A stretch of DNA of 32,507 nucleotides, from the IMG/VR virus record IMGVR_UViG_3300005764_000053, positions 1 through 32,507 of that record. One strand, given 5' to 3'. The notes under the pieces were generated by a model. That model saw only the letters and a list, made by a program, of their open reading frames with translations, was not told the DNA's origin and searched no databases. Positions 8,801 through 18,296 of this stretch are shown one piece after another. The DNA comes from a virus (Duplodnaviria > Caudoviricetes). The stretch's first letter is position 1. Every line of letters begins with the position of its first letter. The translations under genes and the position numbers were made by a program.

Positions 8801-9570
8801 CAGGCGGCCTCCGTGTCGGCGACGACGCCGCGGGGCCAGTCGGTCAGCGGCAGCACGCCGCGGCAGCTCGGGCAGTAGGGCGCCGCGAGGTGGCTGCCGG
8901 CCTCGCGCCAGGTGAAGAAGTCGCAGTTCGGGCAGCGGACGACCGGCGCGTGCACGGTGCGGCCGCGGATGATCGGCGGCCGCGCGATCACCAGGATTTC
9001 ATCGAGCCACCGCACGCGGCCGGCGGCGCGGATGATCGCGCGCATCCAGTCGTAGTCGTGCTCGGGATAGGGCCGGCCCTGTTTCCGCTCCGGCATCGCC
9101 GGCGCGAACTCGCGCGGCGCCGCGATGCAACAGCCCGAGATCTTTTCAATCTCGAACACCGGCCGCGGCCAGAGCACCGCCCGCCAGGGCGCGACGAACC
9201 GCCAGAGGAGCGGCACCGCCGGCGCCGCCTCGAGGTGGCGGCGGATCGTGGCCCAGGCCCCGTCGACGTAGACATCGTCGTCGCCGAGCGTGAGGAGGTG
9301 GCTCCCGGTCTGCGGGAAGTGCTCGAGCGCATGGTTGATCTGGGGCGTGCCGTAGGCCCCGCCGCGCAGGCCGAACTCGTCGACGTGAAACCCCGCTCCA
9401 CACGTCTGGACCAGCTGCACGACGTCGGGCCGGTGGCCCTGCGCGCTGGTGTCGACGACCACGCACACCTGGTCGCCCGGCGCCCAGGCCTGGCGCGCGC
9501 AGCTTCGGAGCGTATCGACCAAGGTCGGCCGTCCGAGGCACCCGATGAGGACGGTGAAGCTCACGCCCAT
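8800..9570 (-). CDS. GT-A fold (GT2-like) glycosyltransferase with C-terminal zinc ribbon
   Basis: Likely start ATG 9570 (MGVSFTVLIGCLGRPTL..TLRS..Q....VCVVVD); LTLGDDDVY DxD motif; EHDYDW; C-terminal CPNC...CPSC. Confidence 0.8.
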   Translation of the reverse strand: MGVSFTVLIGCLGRPTLVDTLRSCARQAWAPGDQVCVVVDTSAQGHRPDVVQLVQTCGAGFHVDEFGLRGGAYGTPQINHALEHFPQTGSHLLTLGDDDVYVDGAWATIRRHLEAAPAVPLLWRFVAPWRAVLWPRPVFEIEKISGCCIAAPREFAPAMPERKQGRPYPEHDYDWMRAIIRAAGRVRWLDEILVIARPPIIRGRTVHAPVVRCPNCDFFTWREAGSHLAAPYCPSCRGVLPLTDWPRGVVADTEAA

Positions 9571-10220
9571 GCGTGCTCCCGGATCAATTCGGGATAGCGG
9601 GCGGCGCGGAAGACGAACGTCGCGCGGTCGACGTGCTGCCACCGGACGCCGGCCTCGAGGAGCGCCGCGATCAGGTGCCAGTCCCACGCCATCACCTGGT
9701 GCGGCACCTTGATCGGATCGCCCAGGACCCGCGCGAGCGTCGATCGGCGGAAGAGCGGCTGCCCGAGATCGATGCGCGCGGCCCGCGGCGGCGCCTGCCG
9801 GAGCACCATCCGGTGCGCGTAGAGGCAGGAGCTGTAGACGAACCCGAGCTCCGGGTCGCGCTCGAGCGCCGCGACGAGGGGCGCCAGGTGGTCGGGCAGG
9901 TAGGCGTTGTCGTCCGAGAGAAACGCGACGTATTTCCCGCGGGCGATCGTGAGCGCGGCCTCGGCCGGGCCGATCCCCCAATTGTTCGTGCGCGCCGGCA
10001 GCGCCAGGAACCGCAGCGGATAGGGCGCCGTGTCGACCGCCTGGGCGACGACGTCGGCGAGCTGCACCGTGACCTCCTGGGGCGGGTGGTCGACGGCGAC
10101 GATCTGCTCGAGGTCGACGAACGTGCTGCGCGCGACCGACGCCAGGCAGCGCCGGAGATCGGCGACCCGGTCGTAGACCGTGGTGATGATCGTGACAGCG
10201 GGCTGGAGGGGCGCGTTCAT
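9561..10220 (-). CDS. GT2 family glycosyltransferase
   Basis: ATG 10220 (ATGA overlap); VTIITTVYDR..L.RCLASV...EQIVAVD, ARGKYVAFLSDDN.YLPDHL and WDW motifs. Confidence 0.9.
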   Translation of the reverse strand: MNAPLQPAVTIITTVYDRVADLRRCLASVARSTFVDLEQIVAVDHPPQEVTVQLADVVAQAVDTAPYPLRFLALPARTNNWGIGPAEAALTIARGKYVAFLSDDNAYLPDHLAPLVAALERDPELGFVYSSCLYAHRMVLRQAPPRAARIDLGQPLFRRSTLARVLGDPIKVPHQVMAWDWHLIAALLEAGVRWQHVDRATFVFRAARYPELIREHAWA

Positions 10221-11137
10221 GCGGCCTCCCGCCAGACGCCGGCGATCTCGAGCACCGTGCGGAGGCGCGCCGCATAGGTATGCGCGCGGAGACGGGCCGC
10301 GCAGAGCGCCTGACGGCGCCCCGCATCGGCCGGGTGGGCGAGGTAGTGCGCGACCAGGTCGCCGCACTCGGCGGCGGTGCGGAACGTGGGGAGCTCCGGG
10401 ACGACCGCGTCGATCTCCGGCCGCCACTCCGAGATCACGAGCGCGCCGCACGCCAGCGCTTCGTAGATCCGCGGATTCATCGCCGTCGCGCGGAGGCCGT
10501 CGCGGTTGAAGTGATGGCGGTCCCGGAAGGCGTTGATCACGATCCGGGTCTGCTGGTAGAGCGTCGCGGTGACGGCGGCCGGGATGTTGCCCGATCGACA
10601 ACGGGCCTGGACGCCGCGGGTCTGCCAGGGCCCGCCGACCACGTAGTCGAGGAGATCGCGCGCGGCCAGATGCGCCAAGAGCTGCTCGCGGGTGGGATTG
10701 CCGCCGCCGACGAACCCCGTGCGATAGACCGGCGCCTGGGCCCGCGGCTGGTGGACCTCCGGGTCGTAGCAGACCGGCAGCGGCACCGGCGCGCGGCCCT
10801 GGGCGGAGAGGTGCCGGCCAAGCGTCGACGGGTCGTTCACGAAGATCTGGTCGAACCGGCTGGACCACCGCGCCGTGTCGTCGACCTCGTACGGCTCATC
10901 GAGGAGCCAGACGGCACTGGGCACGCCGGCGCCGCGCTGGAGGTGCCGCGCGAACTTCCGCCCGTGGACGACGAGCAGCAGGTCCGGCTGGACGCGTCGG
11001 ATCTGGGTCGCCAGATCGGGGGCGCTCCAGAGCGCGTGCTGGTACTCGACGCCGAGCGCCGCGGCCGCGTGCGCCAGCCCCACCGTGAAGACATCGCCGC
11101 ACGCCAGGAACTGGTAGTCGACGCCGAAGACTCTCAT
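10217..11137 (-). CDS. CgeB-like GT-B glycosyltransferase
   Basis: W..DEPY, F.ND, P.CYDP..H, GFVGG...RE, NPRIYEALACGALVISE and HTY..R motifs. Confidence 0.85.
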   Translation of the reverse strand: MRVFGVDYQFLACGDVFTVGLAHAAAALGVEYQHALWSAPDLATQIRRVQPDLLLVVHGRKFARHLQRGAGVPSAVWLLDEPYEVDDTARWSSRFDQIFVNDPSTLGRHLSAQGRAPVPLPVCYDPEVHQPRAQAPVYRTGFVGGGNPTREQLLAHLAARDLLDYVVGGPWQTRGVQARCRSGNIPAAVTATLYQQTRIVINAFRDRHHFNRDGLRATAMNPRIYEALACGALVISEWRPEIDAVVPELPTFRTAAECGDLVAHYLAHPADAGRRQALCAARLRAHTYAARLRTVLEIAGVWREAA

Positions 11138-11772
11138 ACGCTCAGCTCCACCGGCGCCGGCGCGAGCGCCTCACCGAGCGGCACGATCGGGAACGCGCGC
11201 AGGCGCGATCGGGGCGTGCAGTTGAGGACCGTCACGCCGGCGGCCGCGAGCGGCGCGCGCAGCGTGTCGAAGGCCGGGATGCACCGATCGAAGGGCGGCA
11301 CCGTGCCGTCCGGGTGGCGGCCGAAGAAATGCGTCCCCGACATGTCGTAGCCGAGGAGCAGCACGCGCGTGGCGCCGAAGAGGACCGCGAGGTTCACCGC
11401 CGCGTAGCCGGAGTTGTGGCCGTTGTAGAGGCCCTGCTCGAGCGAGGTCGCCAGGCCATAGCGCCCGGCGTTCGCGACGATCTCGATCCCCAGGTGCGGC
11501 GGCATCTGGCGCGCCGGCCGCATCGCGAACTTCCGGCCACGGAACTCCGAGATGTAGGGCGGTCCTTTGCGCTGCAGTTCGGCCTCGACCATCCAGCGCC
11601 ACCACCGCACGTCGCAGGCGTAGAGGACGTCGGCCCAGGGCGCCAGCTTGAACGCATCGTTCACGGCGATGACCTTGAGGCCGCGCACCTGGTCGACATC
11701 GGCCTGGCAGAGCGAGGGCCCGGTGCCGAGGCAGACCGCCGTCTGGCCGCGCCAGTCGAGTGGCGTCGTCAT
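11134..11772 (-). CDS. Maf/DUF115/CstII-like (sialyltransferase-type fold) putative transferase
   Basis: CLGTGPSL, VIAVNDA, LYACD, NSGYAAVNLA..FGATRVLLLGYDM and VLNCTP.S.L..FP motifs. Confidence 0.75.
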   Translation of the reverse strand: MTTPLDWRGQTAVCLGTGPSLCQADVDQVRGLKVIAVNDAFKLAPWADVLYACDVRWWRWMVEAELQRKGPPYISEFRGRKFAMRPARQMPPHLGIEIVANAGRYGLATSLEQGLYNGHNSGYAAVNLAVLFGATRVLLLGYDMSGTHFFGRHPDGTVPPFDRCIPAFDTLRAPLAAAGVTVLNCTPRSRLRAFPIVPLGEALAPAPVELSV

Positions 11773-12128
11773 GCGACCACCAGCCGGCGCAGCGCGCCGA
11801 GGAGCATCTTCACGCCCGGGGCGAGCTCGCCAGAGACGGGTTCCGGGACCTGCACGGGGTCCTCGCCCCGGTTGCGCCAGAGGTCCGCGAGCACGCGCAG
11901 GATCGCCGCGCGCACGACCGCCGGCGTCGGCGTCGTCGTGGGCGGGCTGCCGGTCGCGACGTTCCAGCTCGCCATCACCGCCTGCCAGGCGGGATCGTTC
12001 GGCGTGTCGAGGTACTGCCAGACGCGCTCGGTCGCCTCGAGCAGCTTTTCGCGCACATGCGCGTTATCGCGATCGTCGGTGACGCCGAGGTGCTGTTTCG
12101 CCGTGGCGAGATCGACCAGGTCCTGCAT
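11769..12128 (-). CDS. Head-tail connector (gp6-like)
   Basis: LVDLATAKQHL.V..D.DN, P.VVRAAIL..LADLW.NR and V..LL..LR motifs. Confidence 0.9.
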   Translation of the reverse strand: MQDLVDLATAKQHLGVTDDRDNAHVREKLLEATERVWQYLDTPNDPAWQAVMASWNVATGSPPTTTPTPAVVRAAILRVLADLWRNRGEDPVQVPEPVSGELAPGVKMLLGALRRLVVA

Positions 12129-12131
12129 CGC

Positions 12132-13430
12132 CTAGCTCCCGCCGCCGGTGATCGGGAAGGGCGCGCCCGAGTTGGCGTCGCGCCCCGGCCGGCCATCCTT
12201 CCCCGCCGGCCCGATCGGGCCGGGTTTGCCTTGCTTGCCCTCGGGGCCCTTTTTGCTGCAGAGCGTCCAGTCGCGCTCGCCGTCGCCGTGTTCGTCGGGC
12301 CGTTGTTGGGTCGGGCGTTTCGCGATCCAGGTCGACGAATCGCGCAGCACCTGGTCGCCCGCTTCGTAGGTCCGGCTGGCATCCCAGGGCCCGCGCCAGA
12401 TCGGCATGCCCTTGAGGCGGATGACGCCGCCTGGAATCGGGCGCCCGTCTTTGTGCGCGAGCGTGATCGTCCGTTCGCCGTCGTAGTGGACCTCGAGCTG
12501 CTCGAGCACGCCGTCGCGGCCGGGTGCGCCAGGCTGGCCGTCCTGGCCGGCGGCGCCTGGGGCGCCGGCGACGCCATCGGTGCCGTCGCGGCCCACGACG
12601 CGGCCGACGTCGATCGGTTCTCCGCTCGAGAGCGTGATCACCAGGTGGCCCTCGCGGTCGACGAGCACGCCGCGCACGCCCAGGCCGATCGGGCCCTCGG
12701 GGCCGGCCGGGCCGGCGGCGCCGTCCGATCCCCGCTCGCCGGCGGGGCCGCGCTCCCCGGTGGGTCCTGGCGGCCCGGGGGGGCCGTCTGAGCCGCGATC
12801 GCCACGGTCCCCGGTCTGCCCCCGCTCCCCCGCCGGTCCGGGTGGTCCGAGTGGTCCGGGCACACCGGGCCCACCGTCCGGGCCGCGGTCGCCGGTGGCG
12901 CCGCGCTCACCAGCGGCCCCTGGAGGCCCTGGGGGCCCGTCAGGGCCGCGATCGCCGCGGTCCCCTGGCTGCCCTCGCTCCCCCGCCGCGCCCGTGGCCC
13001 CGTCCGCGCCCCGCTCGCCGGTGAGGCCGCGCTCCCCCTGGGGGCCGCGCTCCCCCGTGAGGCCGGGAGGCCCTGGGGGCCCGTCAGGGCCGCGATCGCC
13101 GCGGTCCCCTGGCTGCCCGCGCTCCCCCGCCGGGCCGGTGGGTCCTGGGGGGCCAAGCGGGCCGGGCGCGCCCTCGAGGCCGCGGTCGCCCATCGCCCCG
13201 CGCTCGCCGGCGGGCCCCGGCACCAGCGCCCGCTCGCCGAGGTGGCGCAGCTGCTCGGTCAGGCGCCGCTCGAGCTCCTGGTGGCGCTGCTCGGTCTGCT
13301 CGAGGCGCTCGAGCGTCCGCGCCAGCGCGCGCTCGCCGAAATTCAGCTGCTCGCGGATCGGTTTGAGCGTGCGCTCGACCGCGAGCGCGACCGTCTGGGC
13401 GATCGCCAGTTCCAGATCGCCGGGGTTCAT
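12132..13430 (-). CDS. Collagen-like virion protein: coiled coil, Gly-X-Y run, C-terminal aromatic module
   Basis: ATG 13430 overlaps the portal stop (ATGA). Contains ~59 uninterrupted GXY triplets and a C-terminal WRGPW....YEAGDQV....STW.A...DW.L..KKG module. Confidence 0.88.
   Translation of the reverse strand: MNPGDLELAIAQTVALAVERTLKPIREQLNFGERALARTLERLEQTEQRHQELERRLTEQLRHLGERALVPGPAGERGAMGDRGLEGAPGPLGPPGPTGPAGERGQPGDRGDRGPDGPPGPPGLTGERGPQGERGLTGERGADGATGAAGERGQPGDRGDRGPDGPPGPPGAAGERGATGDRGPDGGPGVPGPLGPPGPAGERGQTGDRGDRGSDGPPGPPGPTGERGPAGERGSDGAAGPAGPEGPIGLGVRGVLVDREGHLVITLSSGEPIDVGRVVGRDGTDGVAGAPGAAGQDGQPGAPGRDGVLEQLEVHYDGERTITLAHKDGRPIPGGVIRLKGMPIWRGPWDASRTYEAGDQVLRDSSTWIAKRPTQQRPDEHGDGERDWTLCSKKGPEGKQGKPGPIGPAGKDGRPGRDANSGAPFPITGGGS
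12687..13217 (-). repeat. Collagen Gly-X-Y coding repeat with a thrice-repeated GERGQxGDRGDRGxDGPPGPP block
   Basis: 59 consecutive triplets counted in the translation; near-identical DNA blocks around 12790, 12945 and 13090. Confidence 0.9.
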
Positions 13431-14896
13431 GCGGAGGCCTCGGGCGCGGCCGGCAGCAGCCGATCGAGGTGGCCCTCGAGCGCGGCCAGGTTGAACGCGA
13501 ACGGCGGGTCCTCGACCACTTCGCCCTCGACGACGCGGATGCGGGCGGCGCGCGCCGGCGGGAGGAGGGGCGGCGCCGGCGGGGCGGGCGGCGCGGCCGG
13601 CGCGGTGGTCGTCGGCCGGCTCTCGAGCTGCTGGAGCGGCCACATCTGGTTCTGCATGTAGGCCGAGGCGCCGCCGGCGATCGGCCCCAGGCCGAAGTAC
13701 TTCCGCCGCGCCTCATTCGGACTGACGCCACCCGATTGAATCGCCTCGCGCGCCGCTTTGGTGCGCGTCGCCGAATCCATCCAGATCAGGTCATCGATGT
13801 CGAACTCGGTGCCGTACTGCACCGGGCCGGCCGGCGTCTGAATCGGTTCGTAGATCCCGAGGCCGTTGTCGAGCGCCCGCTCGCACTTCGTCAGCAGGAT
13901 CTGGATGCACTGGTTGTAGTACTGCTGAAGGAGCGGTTCGATGTTCGCGTAGGGCGGCGGCGCGCCGATCCCGATCATGTACGCCGGGACGTGGTAGGCG
14001 GTGCAGACCTGCTCGGCGGTCCATTTCAGCTGCTCGATCAGCTGCGCGTCGACGGCATTGACCGAGATGCTCGCGTAGGTCAGGCCATCGCCGAGGATCG
14101 CGACCTTGCCGGCGTTGTCACCGCCGAATTTGGTTTCCCACTCCGTTTTGAGGCGGTCGGCCACTTCCTGGCTGATGGTCCCGGGCGCCGTGAGCACGCC
14201 GCCGGGTTGACTGCCGTTGGCGAAGAATCGTGTCGCGGTCTGCTGAATCTGCAGGCCCTGGGTCGCGGCGAGCCCGCACGCGGTGAGCGGCGACACGCCG
14301 CAGAGCGGGTGCTGCAGCGCGACCATCGTGTCGTGGATGATGACGCGCGCCGGCACGGTGACCGTGTCGCCGATGTTCGAGAGGAGATCGGTCCGGAGCT
14401 CGTACCAGATCGATCCGTCCGGCGCGATGAGGGGCCGGACGCGCAGCGGGTCGAGGACGTACATCTCGGTCACCACGCCGCGGCCGTCGTAGACCTTGAG
14501 CACGTAGGTGTTGCCGTGGATCAACTTGCTGGTCATCCACTGCTCGATAAACCAGACGGTCGTCTGATAGCGGTTCGGGCGGCGGAGCACGGGCGAGAAC
14601 GCGGGACTGCTCGTTTCGGTCCACACGCCGGCGTCGTCCTGCTGAACGAGGCGCAGCGGCAGCTTGCTCACGTCGCTCGCGATCGCGGTCACGCACGCGA
14701 AGACGGCGGCGTACGTCAGGACAGTCTGTTGGTCGACGGTGATGTTTTTCTGCCAGGCGCCGGGAAAGCTCTCGCTGATGAGCGGGAACCAACCCCGCGG
14801 GCCCAGGCGGCCATCGATCGGCCGCAGATTGGGGGGCGGCGCTTGTTTGGTGCGCGGCGTGCGCGTGATGCTCAGGCCCAGGAGCGGAATCTGCAC
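13427..14896 (-). CDS. HK97-family portal protein
   Basis: [46 protein letters not shown] and SPNEAR motifs. Confidence 0.96.
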   Translation of the reverse strand: MQIPLLGLSITRTPRTKQAPPPNLRPIDGRLGPRGWFPLISESFPGAWQKNITVDQQTVLTYAAVFACVTAIASDVSKLPLRLVQQDDAGVWTETSSPAFSPVLRRPNRYQTTVWFIEQWMTSKLIHGNTYVLKVYDGRGVVTEMYVLDPLRVRPLIAPDGSIWYELRTDLLSNIGDTVTVPARVIIHDTMVALQHPLCGVSPLTACGLAATQGLQIQQTATRFFANGSQPGGVLTAPGTISQEVADRLKTEWETKFGGDNAGKVAILGDGLTYASISVNAVDAQLIEQLKWTAEQVCTAYHVPAYMIGIGAPPPYANIEPLLQQYYNQCIQILLTKCERALDNGLGIYEPIQTPAGPVQYGTEFDIDDLIWMDSATRTKAAREAIQSGGVSPNEARRKYFGLGPIAGGASAYMQNQMWPLQQLESRPTTTAPAAPPAPPAPPLLPPARAARIRVVEGEVVEDPPFAFNLAALEGHLDRLLPAAPEASA

Positions 14897-14902
14897 GGGC
14901 CC

Positions 14903-15286
14903 TCAGCGCGTGGATTTCTTCGTCGGGGATCGTTTCGCGGGCGAGCCGGGCGCCGGCGCCTGCAGGGGCCGCGTCTCCGGATCGGTCGGGTCGTCGACGA
15001 TCGGGGCCTCGGGGGGCGGCGACGTCGGCGGCGGGTCGGTCGGTGTCTCGACGGCGGGCGCCTCGGGCGCTGCGTCGACGATCGGATCGCGCGCGACGAG
15101 ATCGCGCCGCTGGTAGGTCCCCTTCGCGGGCCGCCGCGGGGGCTGCGCGCCGCGGGGCGCAAACACCGCCCGCCGCGCCTGCAGATGGAGCACCGCCTCG
15201 AGCGGCGGCGCTTCGAAGATCTGGCCGGCCGCGACGAGCTCGCCGGCGGGCGTGGTGAGCGTCTGGCGCGCGACGAGCGCGATCAT
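14903..15286 (-). CDS. Small head-associated protein with Pro-rich tail
   Basis: ATG 15286 with AAGGGGAG SD; AGQIFEA and YQRRDLVA motifs; lies between capsid and portal. Confidence 0.65.
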   Translation of the reverse strand: MIALVARQTLTTPAGELVAAGQIFEAPPLEAVLHLQARRAVFAPRGAQPPRRPAKGTYQRRDLVARDPIVDAAPEAPAVETPTDPPPTSPPPEAPIVDDPTDPETRPLQAPAPGSPAKRSPTKKSTR

Positions 15287-15417
15287 GCGGAACTCCCCTT
15301 TAGACACGCGGATGCCCGATCGATCCGATAAGGGTCGACCGGGCCTCTGCAGCACCCGGCGAAATCCCGCCGCGCCATCCTACGCGGCGAGCCGCGCGCC
15401 GGGTCGCGGTCCTCGAG

Positions 15418-17385
15418 CTAGGCGGGCGATCCGAGCCCCCACTTGACGTCGGCCATGTAGGCGACCGCCTTCGCGCGCCGGCGCGCCCAATTGATGTACC
15501 GCTCGGCCCTGAGCGCGACCGAGTTGGTCTGCCACATCGAGACGAGGGTCGCTTCCGTCATCGGCGATCCGGCCGCGTTCGACGGGCTGTCCTCCATCTC
15601 GAGCGAGGCCTCGCGCGACGCGTCGACCGTGATGCCGCCATCGTCGGACAGGAAGATGTCCGGCGCGCTCACGGCGATCAGCAGGTTGTCGGTCGGCGAC
15701 GTCATTTGCGCGTACTGCGTCGTGATCACCGGCCGGCCCGCGAAGGTCCCACCCTCGGCGCCGATCCCCTCGAACACGGCCTGGCCGAGCGGATTGCGGA
15801 GCATGCCGACGCGCAGCGCCGTCGACTCGGCCATGATCCAGACCACCCCACCGATCCCGATGCCCGCCGTGATGAAGTTTTCGTAGATCTCCTGGACGTC
15901 GGAGAGCACCGCCAGGTAATCCGAGCCGGAGCTGATGAGCGGCGAGATGCCGTTCGTGATCGACGCCGGCGAGACGAGCGCGACGGCCGCTTTCGCCGGA
16001 TCGATGAAGTCGCGATCGAGCCGCTCCATGAGCGCCTCGCCGAGCTGGTCGCGGACGATGACCTCCGCGTTCGGTTGGCTGAAGCGGATCAGGTCCTCGG
16101 AGATCACGGCGATGGCCGCGACCTTCGCCCAGGCGAGATTGATCGCGTTGAAATCGAACCGGGTCAGCGGTTTCGGCTGCGCTTCACCGACCCAATAGCC
16201 CGCGCCGCCGCTGGTCTGGCCGGTGATGCGGACGTTGAACGGCACGCGCCGCAGCGACGGCACGTTGCCCTGGCCGAAGCGCCCGAGGATCGTGCGCGGT
16301 CGGAGCCATTCGATGAATTCGCCGACCAGGTTCTGGGCCGCGACGAGCGGGCCGGCCCAGGTGTCGTCGTAGGTCGTGCCGCCGGCGATGTTCGCTTTCA
16401 GGATCGTCTGCAGCGCCGGCATCCCCGGGTAGCGCATCTTGGCGATCTCGAGCGCGCTCACCGGATTCCCGCGCGCCGCGGCGAGGCAGATCACCAGGCG
16501 GCCGAACCCGGCGCCCTTCTCGAGCTGCGGTTCTCGGTCGCGCACGATCACTTCCGGCACGCCGCCGCGGGTCGTGACGATCCCGCCCTCGGGCGTGCGG
16601 TGGATCATCGGCGTCGCGGCCTGGCGTTGCGTGTCCTCGAGCAGGCCCAGGCGCTCGATGTGCCCGTTCATCCCGCGGACCTCGCCGGCGAGGCCGTCGT
16701 ACTCGGTCTGCTCGGTTTCGTTCAGGAAGCGGCCCGCTTCGGCGGCGCCGTCCATCAGCTGCGCCATGCGGTCCGCTTTGGGTTTGCGGGACGCTTGCAG
16801 CTCGGCGATCTGTTCACTGTAGGTTTTCATGACTGTCCCTGTCGGACGTGGAGCCGAGCCGCCGGCAGTGACCGCGATCGGCGCGGCCGTGCCCGTCAGG
16901 GCTGGCGCGTGCCGATCAAAGGATTTAATCGTCGCGATCTGCGCGTCTTGATTCGCCGGGATCGCGACGAGTGACAACTCGAGCACTTCGGATTTGATGT
17001 AGCGGATGCCGCCCGTGTCTTTGATGAACGCGTATTCGATCGGTTTGAACCCAATCGAGACGCCCCGCAGCACCGGCGGGCTCGAGGTGATGCTGTGCCA
17101 GGCCTCATCGACGCGATCTTTCAGCGTGCCGGGCTCGATGACCTGCGCGAGCTTCGCTTCAAAGTCGATCCCGTCCACCGTGGGCGGTTTGAATTTGACC
17201 TGGCCGACCGGCCGTTTGCTGTCGTGATAGAGCAGCAAGGGCATCGGGTTTTTGAAGTGGACGCCGAGCGGCTCCACGATGTCGTCCATCCGATCGGGGG
17301 TGGGCGTCGTCGCCGTGCCGGTGATGACGCGTTGCGGCGCGTCGATGGTTTTGATCGTGAGCTGCGCGTACGCGCGGCCGTGCAT
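15418..17385 (-). CDS. Fused prohead protease (HK97/U35-type) and major capsid protein
   Basis: N-terminal DRMDDIVEP.G, LLYHD..RPVG, GVSIGF and ELSLVAIPAN motifs; C-terminal HK97 capsid motifs (WVGEAQPKP, SMWQTNSVALRAER.INW). Confidence 0.96.
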   Translation of the reverse strand: MHGRAYAQLTIKTIDAPQRVITGTATTPTPDRMDDIVEPLGVHFKNPMPLLLYHDSKRPVGQVKFKPPTVDGIDFEAKLAQVIEPGTLKDRVDEAWHSITSSPPVLRGVSIGFKPIEYAFIKDTGGIRYIKSEVLELSLVAIPANQDAQIATIKSFDRHAPALTGTAAPIAVTAGGSAPRPTGTVMKTYSEQIAELQASRKPKADRMAQLMDGAAEAGRFLNETEQTEYDGLAGEVRGMNGHIERLGLLEDTQRQAATPMIHRTPEGGIVTTRGGVPEVIVRDREPQLEKGAGFGRLVICLAAARGNPVSALEIAKMRYPGMPALQTILKANIAGGTTYDDTWAGPLVAAQNLVGEFIEWLRPRTILGRFGQGNVPSLRRVPFNVRITGQTSGGAGYWVGEAQPKPLTRFDFNAINLAWAKVAAIAVISEDLIRFSQPNAEVIVRDQLGEALMERLDRDFIDPAKAAVALVSPASITNGISPLISSGSDYLAVLSDVQEIYENFITAGIGIGGVVWIMAESTALRVGMLRNPLGQAVFEGIGAEGGTFAGRPVITTQYAQMTSPTDNLLIAVSAPDIFLSDDGGITVDASREASLEMEDSPSNAAGSPMTEATLVSMWQTNSVALRAERYINWARRRAKAVAYMADVKWGLGSPA

Positions 17386-17412
17386 GGTCGGGCAGGATCA
17401 CATGGGATTGCT

Positions 17413-17429
17413 CAACCGTAATACGGTTG
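17413..17429. promoter_or_regulatory. Perfect palindrome CAACCGTA-A-TACGGTTG upstream of the head operon (putative operator)
   Basis: 8-bp perfect inverted repeat between the RHH stop and the capsid start. Confidence 0.55.
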
Positions 17430-17434
17430 GGCCG

Positions 17435-17650
17435 TCAGGCGGGGTCGTGGAGCTGGAGGATCGCGACGCGGCCGCGCCGGCGGCGGCGGAGCTCGAGGCA
17501 GTCGCCGGCGGCGCCGAGCAGCGCCTCGCGGACGAACGTGCTCAGCGGTTGATGGTTCACGGCGGCCGCCCGTTCCGCGATGGCGCGCTCCTGGGGCGAG
17601 AGGCGCAGCGTGACGACCTGGGCGGCGGCCTCGGCACGACGAGGGGTCAT
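17435..17650 (-). CDS. Ribbon-helix-helix DNA-binding protein (DUF1778/MobC-like)
   Basis: VVTLRLSPQERAIAERAA......LSTFVREALL; start could be 17650 or 17695. Confidence 0.75.
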   Translation of the reverse strand: MTPRRAEAAAQVVTLRLSPQERAIAERAAAVNHQPLSTFVREALLGAAGDCLELRRRRRGRVAILQLHDPA

Positions 17651-17771
17651 CGGCGGGTCGAGAGGCAGTGTACCGAGCAGGCGCGGGGCCGACAAGATGG
17701 AGATTTGGGCAATCCCCTGTAGCGGCGCCGGCGGTTTCGTGCTATTCGTCGTTATGGAAGAGTCAGCAGCT

Positions 17772-17999
17772 ATGCCTGGATCGTCTGACCGCGATCAGCT
17801 GTACGCGGCCAGCGCGGAGGATCTCGAGGCGGCCGGCGTCGCGCACTTCGTGACGTTCGGTGATTCGCTCACGGTCGTGTTCCGCGACGGTCACTCTGAG
17901 GAGTGGATCGCCGCCGCGCCCGTGCTCGCCGGTACCCCCGGTGAACGCCTCAGCTTCGCTGGCCGCTTGTACGTCGCCTGCCAGCCCGGCCAGCACTGA
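17772..17999 (+). CDS. Hypothetical protein
   Basis: 75-aa ORF with phage-like codon usage; TGnTATTCG upstream; start may be 17754. Confidence 0.55.
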   Translation: MPGSSDRDQLYAASAEDLEAAGVAHFVTFGDSLTVVFRDGHSEEWIAAAPVLAGTPGERLSFAGRLYVACQPGQH

Positions 18000-18116
18000 G
18001 CTGGTCCGTTGGGCGCACCCGGCGCGATCGGGAATCGTGTTTCCAAGTGGAGTGTAGTGGAGGGTGGGGCCGGAGGCCTGCGCGCCCCCGGCCAGCGGGC
18101 GTTACGAGATCCGCCG

Positions 18117-18296
18117 TTACGCCAGACGTCCCGAGAGCAGGCCGGCGCAGATGCAGCACAGGCCCTTCCGGTTCACGTGGATGCGCCGCAGGCGGAGACT
18201 GCCGCGGCGGGTCAGCGCGAGTTCATAGCGCCGGCCGCAGCCGCCGGCGCGCTCGAGGCAGATCGCGTGTCGTCGTGTCGTGGGGTGCTTCGTCAT
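18117..18296 (-). CDS. Small Cys-rich basic protein (59 aa; not in ORF track)
   Basis: MTKHPTTRRHAICLERAGGCGRRYE...GLCCICAGLLSGRLA*; ATGA overlap with the upstream gene and a GGAGG SD. Confidence 0.65.
   Translation of the reverse strand: MTKHPTTRRHAICLERAGGCGRRYELALTRRGSLRLRRIHVNRKGLCCICAGLLSGRLA

Noticed and set aside
12780-13120. RGD motifs in the collagen and CRISPR-like DNA repeats
   Set aside because: RGD arises from GDR-GDR triplets; the repeats are in-frame coding duplications with no spacer structure or cas genes.
12580-13494. Plus-strand Pro/Gly/Ser repeat ORF
   Set aside because: It is simply the reverse complement of the collagen repeat.
17435-17999. RHH gene as the antitoxin of a DUF1778-GNAT toxin-antitoxin pair
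   Set aside because: No co-oriented GNAT or other toxin gene is adjacent.
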